A stretch of DNA of 48,796 nt from Phoronis australis (GCA_002633005.1 NMRA01001031.1:1-48796); one strand, 5' to 3'; numbered from the stretch's first letter, positions 1 through 12,314 are shown. The notes: generated by a model not told the origin, from the sequence alone. Program-made: numbers and translations.

Positions 1-147
1 AACTTCATTCCATACGCGTTGAATTTGTCGAGGGAAATTTGGCCATGTAATAATGTTTTCCGTATTCACCTCCCGCACTACTTCAACAGTGACCTCTGAC
101 ATTGAAGGTTCAAACGGTAGGTCAATGTCGACTCGACGTCGTTAGCC

Positions 148-506
148 GGTAAGATCACCAAACTTTCGGAAAGTAGCTTAAAGTAATAGAATTGTAGCAG
201 TGTAAATACCATTCAACATGCAACCAGGTCTCAATCGTAACATCTGAAACAGGACTGTTAGTTATATGACAGTACTGTCTCAGTTTGCAATTTCTATATA
301 TTATATCGTCTGCAACTCAGGCACCGATTCCTCGCCAATATCAAACATTGTTGTCACTGGCCATGAAAGCTCCCGATACTATCGGTGACAGTATTACACG
401 AGCAGCAACGACGACCGTGCCAGCAACACGTGAACCTATCCATGCTACAATAGCCAGCCAAGCTGTATCAACAGACTGTCGTATATTTAGTATACAGCTT
501 TGTACC
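148..506 (+). pseudogene. Degenerate Crypton-like tyrosine recombinase C-terminal remnant, left part (interrupted by the gypsy insertion)
   Basis: GKIT at 148 resembles a decayed GKITNHS.RK box. The frame from 285 joins in-frame to 4784-4906 when the LTR element and one TSD copy are removed. Confidence 0.4.
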
Positions 507-664
507 TGTTTATACTGTATGTTCGTATTGTATTGTTCATGGGAGCACAACAATAAACAGTTTCCGGTTCTTGACACAATGGTGGTCAGTTACATTTAAG
601 TAAGCGGTTGAACATATCAGACAACATCGTCGCGACTACTGCACTGACACACGAACTATTTACA
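507..664 (+). repeat. 5' LTR
   Basis: TGTTTATA...TATTTACA, near-identical to 4621-4778; contains AATAAA. Confidence 0.96.
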
Positions 665-681
665 TGGTGCCCCGAGTGAGG
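665..681 (+). promoter_or_regulatory. Primer-binding site complementary to the 3' end of elongator tRNA-Met
   Basis: TGGTGCCCCGAGTGAGG directly after the LTR. Its reverse complement CCTCACTCGGGGCACCA matches the animal elongator tRNA-Met 3' end as I recall it. Confidence 0.8.
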
Positions 682-682
682 A

Positions 683-1430
683 ATGTCGGATAAGTTTCTA
701 GCGCCCGAACCCTTGAAACAGGGTGGAAACCTGCCGGAACAATGGAAAAGATTTCGGAGGAATTTCGATATTTTCTTGACAGCCACAAACCGAGACAATG
801 CAGCGGACAAAGTCAAAGTGGCTCTGCTTCTGAGAACAATAGGTGGATATGGGAATGATATATTTGACTCTTTCACATGGGAAGCAGAAACAGACAAAGA
901 AGACCTAACAAAGGTACTGGAAAGCTTTCAGGGTTTTGTAAACCGCGGATAAACGTTGTGGCCCAGACACATAAATTACTCACTTTACGTCAAGGCAGTA
1001 GGTCTATAGACGACTACGTAACTGAACTGCTGGCGATAGCGCGTGACTGCTCGTTCCCCACTGAGATGTACGACCGCATGATACTACAAGCATTGTTATT
1101 AGGTATCGACAATGAACGAACGAGAAGAAAACTTTTTGAAGAGTTAGCCATTACATTGTATCAGGCGTTAAGAATATGTGGCGCAGATGAGGCCGCGGCT
1201 TTAGACCTGAAAAGTGTCCGCAAGGATGAAGCGGTAAATGCGATTAAAACCTATGCAAAGCCTAGGATTGCGTTTAAAACCTATGCAAAACCTAAGAAAG
1301 GACCATGAACTTAGCAGCCACAAGTGTGTGACAATTGTGCAACAAATCACGGTCTCCGTCGTTGCCTGGCATGCGGTAAAACGTGCCACAACTGTAACCA
1401 CCGTAACCACTATGCCGACTGTTGCCCCAG
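683..1430 (+). pseudogene. gag: gag (frameshifted), with two CCHC zinc knuckles
   Basis: ORF pieces 683-952, 877-1308 and 1324 onward; W..F...F..FL.A gag N-terminus; CDNCATNH....C and CHNCNHRNHYADCC knuckles; 30-bp tandem duplication at about 1240-1299. Confidence 0.88.
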
Positions 1431-1537
1431 CGCAAAACAAAGTAATGATCAGACGAATCACTTTCTCCAGTCAGACACAGAAAATTTTTCTGAGTCCTCC
1501 GATGAGGAAGACAACCTGATTAACTTTTCACTATCCA

Positions 1538-4434
1538 TTGTGGTCGCAAATGGTTTGCGCACTTATATTAAAATTCCAATTGGATTTGGGAGCAACTACT
1601 AACACTCTAGCCTATGCCGACTATAAAACATTGGGAAGCCCAGCGTTGATACCAACTCCGCATACCATTGATGTGTACAATAACACGAAACTAAAACCGT
1701 TGGGGGCCTGCAAGCTGCGCACTACAGCTAATGGGAGTGACCGAGTGTTTTAGTGTTTGGTGGTAGATACCAAACACCCCAGTTTGCTATCGGGCAAATT
1801 GTGTGTCGACTATGGTCTCATCGCAGTCTAGTTCAGGAAGATTTGGATACCCTTCTGGAAGAATTCTCAGACGTATTTACCGGCCTCAGGACTCTTCCTG
1901 GGGAATACCACATAGAGTTAGATGAGCAGGTACGACCGGTCCAGGTTAAACCTCGCAAAATTCCTTTGTCTATGAAAGCCAACGTGCAAAAGAAACTCGA
2001 CGAGTTAGAGGAGCGCGGCATTATAGCTAAGGTAAACCATCCTACCGAATGGATCAGCCACGCCCAACCGGTCCTAGACCCCAAAAATCTGAATTCAGCT
2101 GTAAAACGCAACCATTTCACTATGCCCTGTATCGAAGATGTTTTGCCTGAACTCGCAGGAGCGAAACATTTTTCTCTATGTGATGCTTGCGACGGATTTC
2201 TGCAAATACGCCTTAGTGACAAGTCAGAGGAGCTTACCACATTCTGGGGACCAGGAGGGCGGTACAAGTGGCTGCGAATGCCTTTCGGTGTTTCGACGTC
2301 CCCAGAAGAATTTCAGAGGCGACTTACCCAGGTTCTACATGGCTTAAAGGGGGTAACGGTCGTTGCAGACGACATACTCATTTATGGTTGTGACCGTGCG
2401 GACCATGATCAAAATTTAAAACTACTGATACTGCACGCTCGAGAGTCTGGTCCTAAATTTAACATAAGGAAACGTGTCTTCTTAAAGGATGACCTCCCCT
2501 ATATTGGGCATGTATTGACCGCAAAGGGCGTCAAGCCGGATCCGGAAAAGGTCAAGGCCATTCGTGAAATGCCCCCACCCAAAGATGTTGACCAAGTACG
2601 CCAATTCCTGGGACATGTTAATTACATGTCTAAGTTCATTCCGAACTTGTCGGCTTCTACAAGCTCCGAAAGCTAGTTTTGTGTTGAGAACTGACCAGCA
2701 ACAAGCGTATGAAAAGTTGGTAAACGAAATTAGTATCGACAAGGTGCTGGAGTATTATGACAGTCGGAAACCAACAGTCATTCAGACAGATGCAAGCACA
2801 GCTGGCCTGGGGGCAGTTCTTATACAAGAAGGCCGTCCCATAGCTTATGCATCTCGTTCTCTAACTGACGCAGAAAAAATATATGCCCCGATTGAGCTTG
2901 AGTGTCTAGCAATTGTTTTTGCAACAAGAAAGTTTGACCAGTTTATGTTTGGCCACGCGGACCTTACAATTCAAACAGAATATCAGCCGTTGGTGTCCAT
3001 ACTCAACAGATCACTGTTACTGGCACCGAGACTCTTGCAAGCTATGATCCTGACACTTCAAAGATATGCATTCAAAATCGAATGGCGACCAGGGGCGGAA
3101 GAAATAACGGCCGACATGTTGTCGAGAAATCCCTTTCCCGAAACGGCGATAGACGTGGATTACAACCATGCTTTTTCCTTCATTGAAAAAGCCACGATCA
3201 CCGCTGATCCGCCACTTGTAGATCCAATGCTAGAGTTGGTGCGCAAACATACAAAGGACGACGAATAACTTCAAAACTTATGCCAAAGCATCGCCTCGGA
3301 TTGGCGGCAGTGCACTGATGACTTGGCACCATTCTGGTCAGTTCGTTCCGAACTGGCTGTAGACCACGGTTTGGTGATCAAGGGGAATCAGATTGTGATT
3401 CCGAAATCTTTGAGAAATCACATGTTGAGTCTGCTACACGCCAGCCATCAGGGGCTAGCTTCAACGCTGCGACGAGCTCGACGAACAATCTTTTGGCCCG
3501 GTACAACTAAAGACATACATCGCATCATCGAACAATGTGACTCGTGTCAAAGAGATGCTCCACGCAATTCCGCAGATGATCTACTCCAACACTCAATCCC
3601 GGATCAGCCATGGATTAAAGTTGGGGTCGATCTTATGTCACATGCGGGTGTTGATTACTTGGTGATAGTGGACTATCATTCAGATTATCTAGAATTGGAA
3701 AAGCTGGAAGATACTACTGCGAGTACCACGGTGAACACGTTGAAACGTGTATTTGCGCGTTTAGGAGTTCCACATTTCCTGCAAAGCGACAATGCAGCCC
3801 AGTTCACGTCCAGAGAGTTTGCTGAGTTCAGCAAAGCGTGGAGCTTTCATCACACTTCGTCGTCACCGCACCACCACCGCTCTAATGGAAAAGCAGAATC
3901 GGCGGTCAAAATTGCGAAAAGACTACTGAAAAGGTCTAATGATCCCCAGTTAGCCTTACTAGAATGCCGTAATACTCCTACAGCAACTTGTCAACGAGCC
4001 CCATAGTGTGGTTGTTGGGCAGATCTACGAGAACACCGTTGCCGTCGTTGTTGAAAATAGATGGCTGTTCTCTAAGAAACAGAGTAGAAAAAGAGAAGCG
4101 GAGAAAACAAGTAGCTAAGTCTTACAACAAAAACACTAGGCCTCTTAAACACATTAAGGAAGGAGCACAAGTCCTAGTCAGGGACTTTAACTCTCATCGC
4201 ACACAATGGAAAGATGCGAAAGTACATAAGCAGCTGACTAATAGGTCTTATTCAGTTGAGTGCGGTCAGGACTTACTTCGTCACGACAGACACGACCTTC
4301 GTCCGTATCACGAACCTGTCGAAGCCCCGACTCCTGAGTTAACTGTACCGTCGGATATGCACGCAACTAGGGACACCAGTACACCGGAACCTCCGTCACC
4401 GTCGCTAGAATCTCCAGAAAGGTTCGAATTGTAA
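1538..4434 (+). pseudogene. pol: pol (protease, RT, RNase H, integrase) with frameshifts, stops and deletions
   Basis: PR FQLDLGA; RT RMPFG...VADDILIYG; RNase H QTDAS...ELECLAI; integrase HASHQG..CDSC, GVDL, SDNA, SNGKAESAV. Confidence 0.95.
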
Positions 4435-4500
4435 CGCAGGCGGGAAGAGTGGTTAACCCACCCAAATATCTGGAAGACTATGAGACGCACTAGTTCACTG

Positions 4501-4525
4501 TTAGTTAGTTAGTTAGTTAGTTAGT
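4501..4525 (+). repeat. (TTAG)n microsatellite in the retrotransposon 3' UTR
   Basis: About six TTAG units read directly. Confidence 0.9.
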
Positions 4526-4612
4526 TTACTAGGGTAGTGGAAGGACTTTTAGTACAGTACGGTTTGTTTACAACTTAGGACTTTAGAGGTTTAGTTGATA
4601 GAGGTTTTACGT

Positions 4613-4620
4613 AAGGGGGA
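4613..4620 (+). promoter_or_regulatory. Polypurine tract
   Basis: AAGGGGGA immediately before the 3' LTR. Confidence 0.85.
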
Positions 4621-4778
4621 TGTTTATATGTTTATATGTTCGTATTGTATTGTTCATGGGAGCACAACAATAAACAGTTTCCGGTTCTTGACACAAGGGT
4701 GGTCAGTTACATTTAAGTAAGCGGTTGAACATATCAGACAACGTCGCGACTACTGCTCTGACACACGAACTATTTACA
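4621..4778 (+). repeat. 3' LTR
   Basis: Copy of 507-664 with a few substitutions and two small indels; followed by the GTACC TSD. Confidence 0.96.
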
Positions 4779-4783
4779 GTACC

Positions 4784-4906
4784 AAGGCTACAGAATCCGT
4801 AGAAATGCGACAGCGTACCTGCAACAACGCTACAACAGGCATATTCGCCGGAGCTGTCATCAACGGTGGCACTTTTAACATCTTCGTAAAAACAAACGAC
4901 GTGTAG
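4784..4906 (+). pseudogene. Crypton-like recombinase C-terminal tail, right part
   Basis: KATESVEMRQRTCNNATTGIFAGAVINGGTFNIFVKTNDV*; an F.GA.I.GGTFNI-type terminus is typical of Crypton/DUF3504-type proteins. Confidence 0.45.
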
Positions 4907-6429
4907 GCTACGCGTTCCGGTTAATGTCCTAGTTTCATGAATGAGTGCAGCTACCCGATAAGGATCTTACAATGTTATAAATATTCTTGTTATTTATTTA
5001 TTTTCGAAATATGATACAAGTTCAATGCACGATAACTGTCGTTTTCACACTTTTTATCAATTTCCAGTAATAAACCGTTACATTTAAAACTGTTTTCTTT
5101 TAGTATAGTACAAGTTAGCAACATAACGCGCACGTACATACACAACAGGTTGTGATTAGCCACGTAAACAGTCAGGGTGAAGTATTTATAAAATGCTGAA
5201 AGAAAACATAAGAAACTCACGAATTCGATGCGTATGGGATAATTACAATAGGCCATGGGCCGTAGCTCCAGTCTTTTCATCCTGTGACCATTTTAGGGGG
5301 GCAACTTCATTTTTTCTGTATGGCTAGATATACCAATAAGCTATTGATACCTGAAAAGTTCCCAGATTTTAATTTGCATATTTTTTGTAGAAAAACAATT
5401 TTTGTGAGTCCAAATGTTACATTATTGAACAAGAGGTAGCGCTAAATCCAACAAAAGACTAGCACAAGATAGCATTTTAAGCCAATCACAAGCTCAGAAA
5501 TTAAATAACTGCAGACTTAATCTAACATGGTGGCTCCCTTAGAGATGCTGTCAATAAATGCTGCATACACTTTCAAGCAATAAATGCGTCTGATTTGTTG
5601 AGTTTCTCGAAACTGACGTGGGCAAAGAGCATTGAGTGTGTGAAAGAATGACTTTCCCTTGGAGATAAAGACAGTAATGAGCACAATGTGTGTCACCAGT
5701 TGGCATTTGCATCAAGTAACTTCAAGGATTGGCGTGGATTCCAGACAGTAGTATCCCAAATCATTTTATACAAGCTTACTGGCGTTACAAAAATTGAAAG
5801 AGCAAAGAGGAAAGATTGTGAAACTATAAAGTATGCCGACAATAGAGCCCCCTGATTACGACCAAGATGATGGTGAGTGTTAAATTTTTCCTGGGAGTAT
5901 GATAAATAGATGCAAGTCACTGAGTCAGTGCTTCAATAGGAAACAGGTCACTTCATACTCAAGTCAACACGTACCCAAGTCAAATTTCAAAAGTATTTCA
6001 AAACTATGTAATTTGGCAAAGCAGTGATTAAAATCAATCAATCGTGCCATATTTATGCAAAACGACTCAATATTACCCGTTATTTAGTGAATGAAAATGA
6101 AAAGTTATTAGTAATGTTTTAGCACGGATACTAATTGACTTGGGTGCGAGTTGGCTAAGACACGAACTGACTGGAAAGCCCTCATATGCACAACTGGTAA
6201 AAAGACTGTGTTCCATGGATTCTGTAATGTCCAGGGGTGAGAAAGAGGTAATCTCCATGCTCGAAGCTCAGCTCAAAAACTGACTAATTGCATGCCACAA
6301 TTCTGGTAAATTCACGTGAATTCTGCATTGTAGATACATGTAGTTAGGCTTTGAGTCTGAGTTTGGAGATTACACCCTGGGCCCAGGTGATTGGCCATCA
6401 ATGTCATTATTGAAATCAAATAGATGTTG

Positions 6430-6570
6430 GAATGCCCTGCAGTTACCGACGAACAAAAATATAAAATAGTCCGTAGCACACCCTTGACAAAGAGAGCATC
6501 GCTCGAAACGTGGGGATAATTTAATATATTTTAGTACCGACGCTCGTCGTTTTAGTTTTACTAGTTTTAA
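6430..6570 (+). mobile_element. Penelope-like pseudo-LTR fragment with a hammerhead-like core
   Basis: CCCTTGACAAAGAGAGCATCGCTCGAAACGT (6481-6511): variant CUGANGA box, GAG...CTC stem II, GAAAC. Boundaries approximate. Confidence 0.45.
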
Positions 6571-7232
6571 ATGTAATTATTGACTACAGAATACACATAT
6601 TTTTGGAGCATCACCTTTAACATTTTCAAGCTACTTTTACTCTCAAGTTTTGCTAAAAGGCGCATAGGTGCCTGAATTTCATATGTAGGTGCAGCTTCAC
6701 ACATATGGTTGAAGAATAACAAAGCACATAGCAAATGTTTTGAAAACAGTAATTTTTATTGAGTTTTTACTCATTTAACATAGTTTGTTGTTGGTTTGCT
6801 TTCAAAGTAATTTTGTCTAGTGTTGTTGGAACACTATCTTCAAAAGTTCTATTTTTATGTGCTTTTTGAAATAACAAAAATTTATTTGAGTGGAAGTACA
6901 ATTTGGAATACTTGCATGATTGTAAAGACTTGTGTGCATATCTGAAATTGTATGTTAATTTTCAAACAAAAATTTATTTTCAAGACCATTTTACATACAA
7001 ACCCATGGTATCTTTTTCACTTTTGAGCACATCACGCTAGGCCGTGTATATGCATGTCTTATTTTGAGTGTTTACTATCTGTCTTTTGATCATTCTTTGT
7101 ACTTCCACTCAGTTCTTGTAATAAAGAATTGAGTACATGTCAACATCCATCATTTTGTAGGACAGGCCTACAATGCTTTCCGCATTTTTAAACTCTGATA
7201 ACGGTTTTTATTTTTAATTTTCTTGGTTTTAG

Positions 7233-7733
7233 GTGAGTTGTTTTTTGATGCTGCTAAGGCAGGAAATGGCATGGACCTTTTGATCAGAGTACAGGGAAGA
7301 TATCTGGTAGAACTCGAAGTCAAATACCATCGTTCTTGCTACAAAAGCTTCACAAGACTACGGACAAAACAGAAATCTAACGATAGTGAAATTTTCACAG
7401 ATGTATTTCGAGAGTTTTGCTTTGAAGTTGTGGAGCAACAAATAATCTCGCATGGAAAAATATTGCATTTGACTCTGTTAAAGTCACTCCTCGAGGAAAT
7501 TTATCCAAAAGAGGTTGTAATATATGTGTCCGAACTAGAAATTTGAAATTGAAATTACAGAGAATTTACCCTATTTTAAAATTTCTTAGTCCAAAACGGA
7601 ATCAGTGTGAATTGTTGTTAAACAAACATTTGTTCTTTTTGTAAATGCTGGACTAAGATGCACTGAAACGTGCAAGTGCCAAAACTGTGAGAATGTCAAA
7701 GTTAGTGATGAAATTGAGTCAGATGATGAGTAA
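7233..7733 (+). pseudogene. Academ transposase remnant: N-terminal part fused to the C-terminal Cys-rich finger
   Basis: DLLIRVQGRYLVELEVKYHRSCYKSFT motif, then from about 7630 CSFVNAGLRCTETCKCQNCENVK...DDE*. Central catalytic and XPG-like regions are absent. Confidence 0.7.
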
Positions 7734-10700
7734 CAGTGTGATGGACTTGCATCCCAGCCGGAGGAACTTGGAAAGACATCTTATCAAGAGACAGAAGCCA
7801 GGCTAGTAACTGGCCCAGTGAGCCTGGTGATTTGTGAAACATTTTCTATTTTCAAATTTACAACTCTAATAATGGCTTTTTATCTTGTTAATTTCGCGGA
7901 ATTTTGTACTTCATCCAATGCCATTTGGTGCTATTCTATATTTTTTGTCGCCATTTTTTGAAAAATTGTATGCTTTGGACTTGTAGCAGTGATTGTTTTT
8001 GTATGACAGATTAGTAAATGTGTGATAAAATAAAGGTGAGGTCAGTTTGATAATTATAGTTTCACCAACAGTAGAAAAGCATAAAACACTAGGAATGGTA
8101 GTTCCATATTTCACCAACAGGTGGCACACATAAATTCCTATTTCTTCCATAATTCTACGTTTTAATTGAAAAATATATCAAAGTTTGTGTTTAATATGAC
8201 TTAATACAGCCTGTAGGAATGATATCTGCAGTATCATCCTGTATGGACACTTAATTTTCTTCTTTTCTAACTTTTTTAATTCCATGTAAAATTTGCTGAA
8301 TCGGAACAATTTTAACATCAAATATCACAAAAATGTGTAAGTTTAAACGTGGGATTTTTTTAATTCATAAAGTACAATGATTTGCGTATCAAAAACACCT
8401 GAATTAAATTGCCCCCCTAAAACGGTCACAGAAGTGGTTTTCTAGGCCTCCTGTGGCCTACGGCCCATGGCCTACAAAACGTCTCGGTCGATACGCGGAA
8501 TAATGTCTCGTGGGATATTATTTCATGTACGCCACGCTCGGTACGTTTTGTGTATATATACACAAACTAAGTATTATATTTAGTGTTTATAACAATCGCG
8601 CAATTTACAGAAAAGAGATAGCACTTAATAAAAAGCGTCATGAACTGTGTACAACAATTACGAAGGTCAAAAGCAAACTGACACAGCGAGCTTGAAAACG
8701 ATAAATAGTGGAACTGTAAAAAAGATATAAACTACCGAGTTCAAACCAAACTAAGGCGAAACAAGGTATCTATAGTACTTTTAAGTTTAAAACTTAATTA
8801 AGGTTACTTTACACAAAATTATGTAACTAGCGTGCCACATACATCGTGTGTTCCCTATGCATCAGAGACTAACATAACGTCACGACTGAACGGCCACAGT
8901 GATAAAAGTGGGTTCGAAATATGCGGGCAAACGTAGTGTTTTAACACTGTTTAACAGTTTTTTAAAATCTGATCCAACGTTAAAAATTCTGTATACGACC
9001 AGTTATGAGCACACTGCAAATATAAATGTCATACATAAACATAAAGTACTGACAAGCGATGCATCTGCAGTAACAATTACAATATTACAATTACATGGAT
9101 TCGACATATGCCACTTGGTGGTCATTTTTGTTATTTTTGAGTCTGATTGTTGACGTAAGTCTTTAACGGCCAAAACACTGTAAGGGCCATTATGAAAACT
9201 GACATATTTGTGCTTACTTGGAACTGCATGACTGACTGAATATCGAGTCGTTGGTGAATCTCTTACATTCGTCTCTTTGAAGAGAGAACAACTGATGAGG
9301 TACTTTATTAAAATCGTTGAACCTCAAACAAAACATTTGTCTGATCATGCTCAGGGTTGATAAATGCCAGCAATTTCTTTGGACCGTGCTTGATTTACAG
9401 TGACGATTTTTGACTGGTTTTAACTGGTATCATGTTTTAACAAGAACACATCATGTGACTGAAAATGTTATTCTAAATGTCGGCCCAGGGATAATTTTAG
9501 GTGTTCGCCCTGCGTTGTTGACGCATAACATTTTTCGTTGACCCAAAATGACTTCTTAACTCGAACCAAGTGGCGCAATAAATGTGTTTCGGAATTGTGA
9601 ATTATTTTGTACGCATAACATTCAAACTACGGCATTGCAGAGCATTATTTTGGTCTAAACTAATGTCAGAGACCAAAACAAAAATACCTGCGGCACAGGT
9701 CCAGCACATTGCGAAAATGCACATGCAGGAAGGCGTTAAGACCAATCAATAAAACCAAATAAAATGCCACTCACCGAAAATCTAAAAAGAATACAGTACT
9801 AATGACACAAGAGATTTGAGGCCCTGAGGAATAATTGACCCATGCCACCTTTATGATCGCTTCAAAAGTTATGAATATCATTATAGTTGGTTAGCCAGAT
9901 GCGGGTTTTGATCCATAACTGTACAGTGAAATTCCACAGGGAATCTTGTACAGAGACGTCTAACTTGAGACGTTTAGAACGTAAATGGGTATGAGGAACG
10001 TATTCGTAGGTAAGATGTGTTGAGCTGACAAAGTACTTCTGGTTTTTAACAGTCAATAAAAAAGCAAGTGTGCTGTAGGCAAAATATCGTTTTCAATTAA
10101 ACCTGGACTAACAACAACAGTTTTGTATTTTCCAGTTAATTTTTAAGTAGTTCGCGTTTGCCGAAGGCACGACCTGGAACTACTTGGCAATAAAACAACG
10201 CAGGGTATTGAAGGTAGAATAAAGCCATTTATTACTTGGGTTAAATATAGGTTTCAAACCACTGCAAAGATAAACTGCAAAATATGACCTGTCTAACTAT
10301 ATTGATGGAGTCAGTGTAATATGAGCCAATATGTGAGAATAAGTATATTTTTCAGGTAAATGTGTAGCAAGCATAAACCGTACTAAGCCTACATGCCATG
10401 GTATGAATCGCAAGAGGCAAAATATGAAGAGTGTTCATGTTTTAAAACATATCCACCGGATTGACTTACACTAGCAAACATAACCTCCACAGAGCACAAC
10501 AGCATTCTTTCGGAAATCTGAGGATGCAACACTCAGCCGAGTTACCAGCCTGTGCGTGTGGGTCAGCCAGTTAGTGGCTCCGTCTACCCTAAATCTCAGA
10601 AAATACATCACGCAAATGGCTGATATTTGCTAACGCTGTAACTTTTTGACAGGTGAACCTGGTGAATATTTCATTGATCTGTTACAAATTGGGGAATTTA

Positions 10701-10969
10701 TTAGCACGGGCCTGTTATCACTAAATAATTGGCTATAAAACGTGTCCTCGCGTGTCGAAAACAACTTTCATCCTAAACATATACATTTACAAAACAACAC
10801 TTTCACATAAACAAATTCAAGTTCACGGTGTCAGTATCTTGAATTTTCGGTTTAGATGCTAAAACATTCAAACTGCTACCTAAATCTTATAGAGCCTAGC
10901 ACCTAGCACGAGGCAGTAGCGGGCTGTCAGCTCTTACCGAGCCCAGAGATCATTTCAAAACTGAGTACG

Positions 10970-11240
10970 GAATAAGAACCATTTTCATAACAGTTGTCTC
11001 AAATCAAACGTCGTTTTTAGACAGTAAGCAGATATGGGCTTAATGCGGGTTTAACATATATTTAATAATTCGAAAACGTTTTTGTGAAACGTCCACACAA
11101 ATAGCTCTTGATAAAGATGCTGCTGTTCAATCAAGTTTTTTTAGAGGGGAAAGAGGGTAGGCAACTTAGGATAGCAGCGTCATCAGAAAATATTTTTAGA
11201 AGTTTTGGTCTGTGTCGGTGATTGAGTCAGTGATGATAGG
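10970..11240 (-). pseudogene. Very decayed non-LTR RT remnant
   Basis: KIFSDDAAILSC resembles the KFADDT.I motif; little else recognisable. Confidence 0.3.
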
Positions 11241-11914
11241 TTACTATAATGGCAACATTTTCAAACAAGAATTCCGAATGTACTGTGAGAAATTACAAAG
11301 AGTATGTAGACCAAGATACCTGTTGTCTTGCATTTTTGCCGGCAGCAGACTTAAGAATGACACATGCCCGTAGCCCGCATTGCGCAGGGTGTGGTTCGAA
11401 TTTCTTGAACGGTGGACCTTTGATATTTTGCAAGCGTCGACATTGTGGACTTTTCATTAAGGGCCTCAGCTGACGCAGCTTAATCAGGGGAAGGGAAATT
11501 TGTATACACAACGGTGATTCTCAGCTCTATATTTTTGAGAGGTGACGGAATTAGTAATACCAGATATGAGGATGCCGTGACGGTTGCTCGCAAATAATGT
11601 GGTCCAAAACGTTCTCACGTTACTTCCTGCCAAATTTTCAAATCAAGCATGCTTAAATGAGTGATTACACCTACTTGAATAGAAGAATTTAATAGAAGGA
11701 TAACTTGAAGAAATTTTTTTATCTACTTATATTTTTGCGCGTTACTTAAAGGAGAATGCCACCCGATTGAATTAGTCTTTTTTACCGTCTTAATCGGTCT
11801 ATATTCACATCGCTTCGCACACAGTCGACCTTACCTTGCCAAGAGGTGTCGCGTTAACCTGTAAGGATCGTGAGAAAACAACGCAACGACGTCAGTGGTT
11901 CATCTGTAGAGTGA

Positions 11915-12135
11915 ATGACACTATGTTGCGGTGCATTGTTCCCGCTTGACTGAACTATGGAACTGGGAGGAAAGCGGGTATATCGTTTTTTTGACTTCCT
12001 CGAGAACCAAAACTGCTCAGGAAGTGGCTCGCGGTAGTGAAGAATAAAAAGTACCCTGTTAATAGCAAGTATGAGGCCGTGAAACATCTCCTTGTCTGTG
12101 GCCGACATTTCGTCGACAGTGATTTCTCTGACAAA
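11915..12135 (+). pseudogene. THAP domain remnant (Kolobok transposase N-terminus)
   Basis: GISFFDF...RKWLAVVKN...LLVCGRHFVDSDF read across frameshifts. Confidence 0.75.
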
Positions 12136-12139
12136 TGCT

Positions 12140-12314
12140 GTCTTAACAAAGAACTATCCATTCGTTCCGTTGCCTGTGCATGTTTATGGCGCCTCTCTAG
12201 TGTTTCTTGATCAGTGTATTCCGATTCGAACTGATAGCCTGTGAAACTTAACGATCCACCTGTAAAGTCTTCATCGGATGAGCTCTCGTCTAAATCGGGA
12301 TTGCGAGTTGCCAT
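12140..12314 (-). pseudogene. KolX (Kolobok ORF2) N-terminal stump
   Basis: MATRNPDLDESSSDEDF...GYQFESEY; homologous to the longer KolX remnant in copy 2. Confidence 0.6.

Larger units (their letters stand above)
507..4778 (+). mobile_element. Ty3/gypsy LTR retrotransposon (Mag-like), full length, coding region decayed
   Basis: Two 158-bp TG...CA LTRs; 5-bp TSD GTACC (502-506 and 4779-4783); PBS; PPT; domain order gag-PR-RT-RH-IN; two CCHC knuckles. Confidence 0.97.
5249..8474 (+). mobile_element. Academ (AcademX-type) DNA transposon, internally deleted
   Basis: TIRs TAGGCCATGGGCCGTAG...CTACGGCCCATGGCCTA, plus inner inverted block TGTGACCATTTTAGGGGGGCAA / TTGCCCCCCTAAAACGGTCACA; 3-bp TSD CAA (5246-5248, 8475-8477); transposase remnants inside. 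Confidence 0.8.

Noticed and set aside
1833-2267. 144-aa minus-strand ORF
   Set aside because: Antisense shadow of the gypsy RT.
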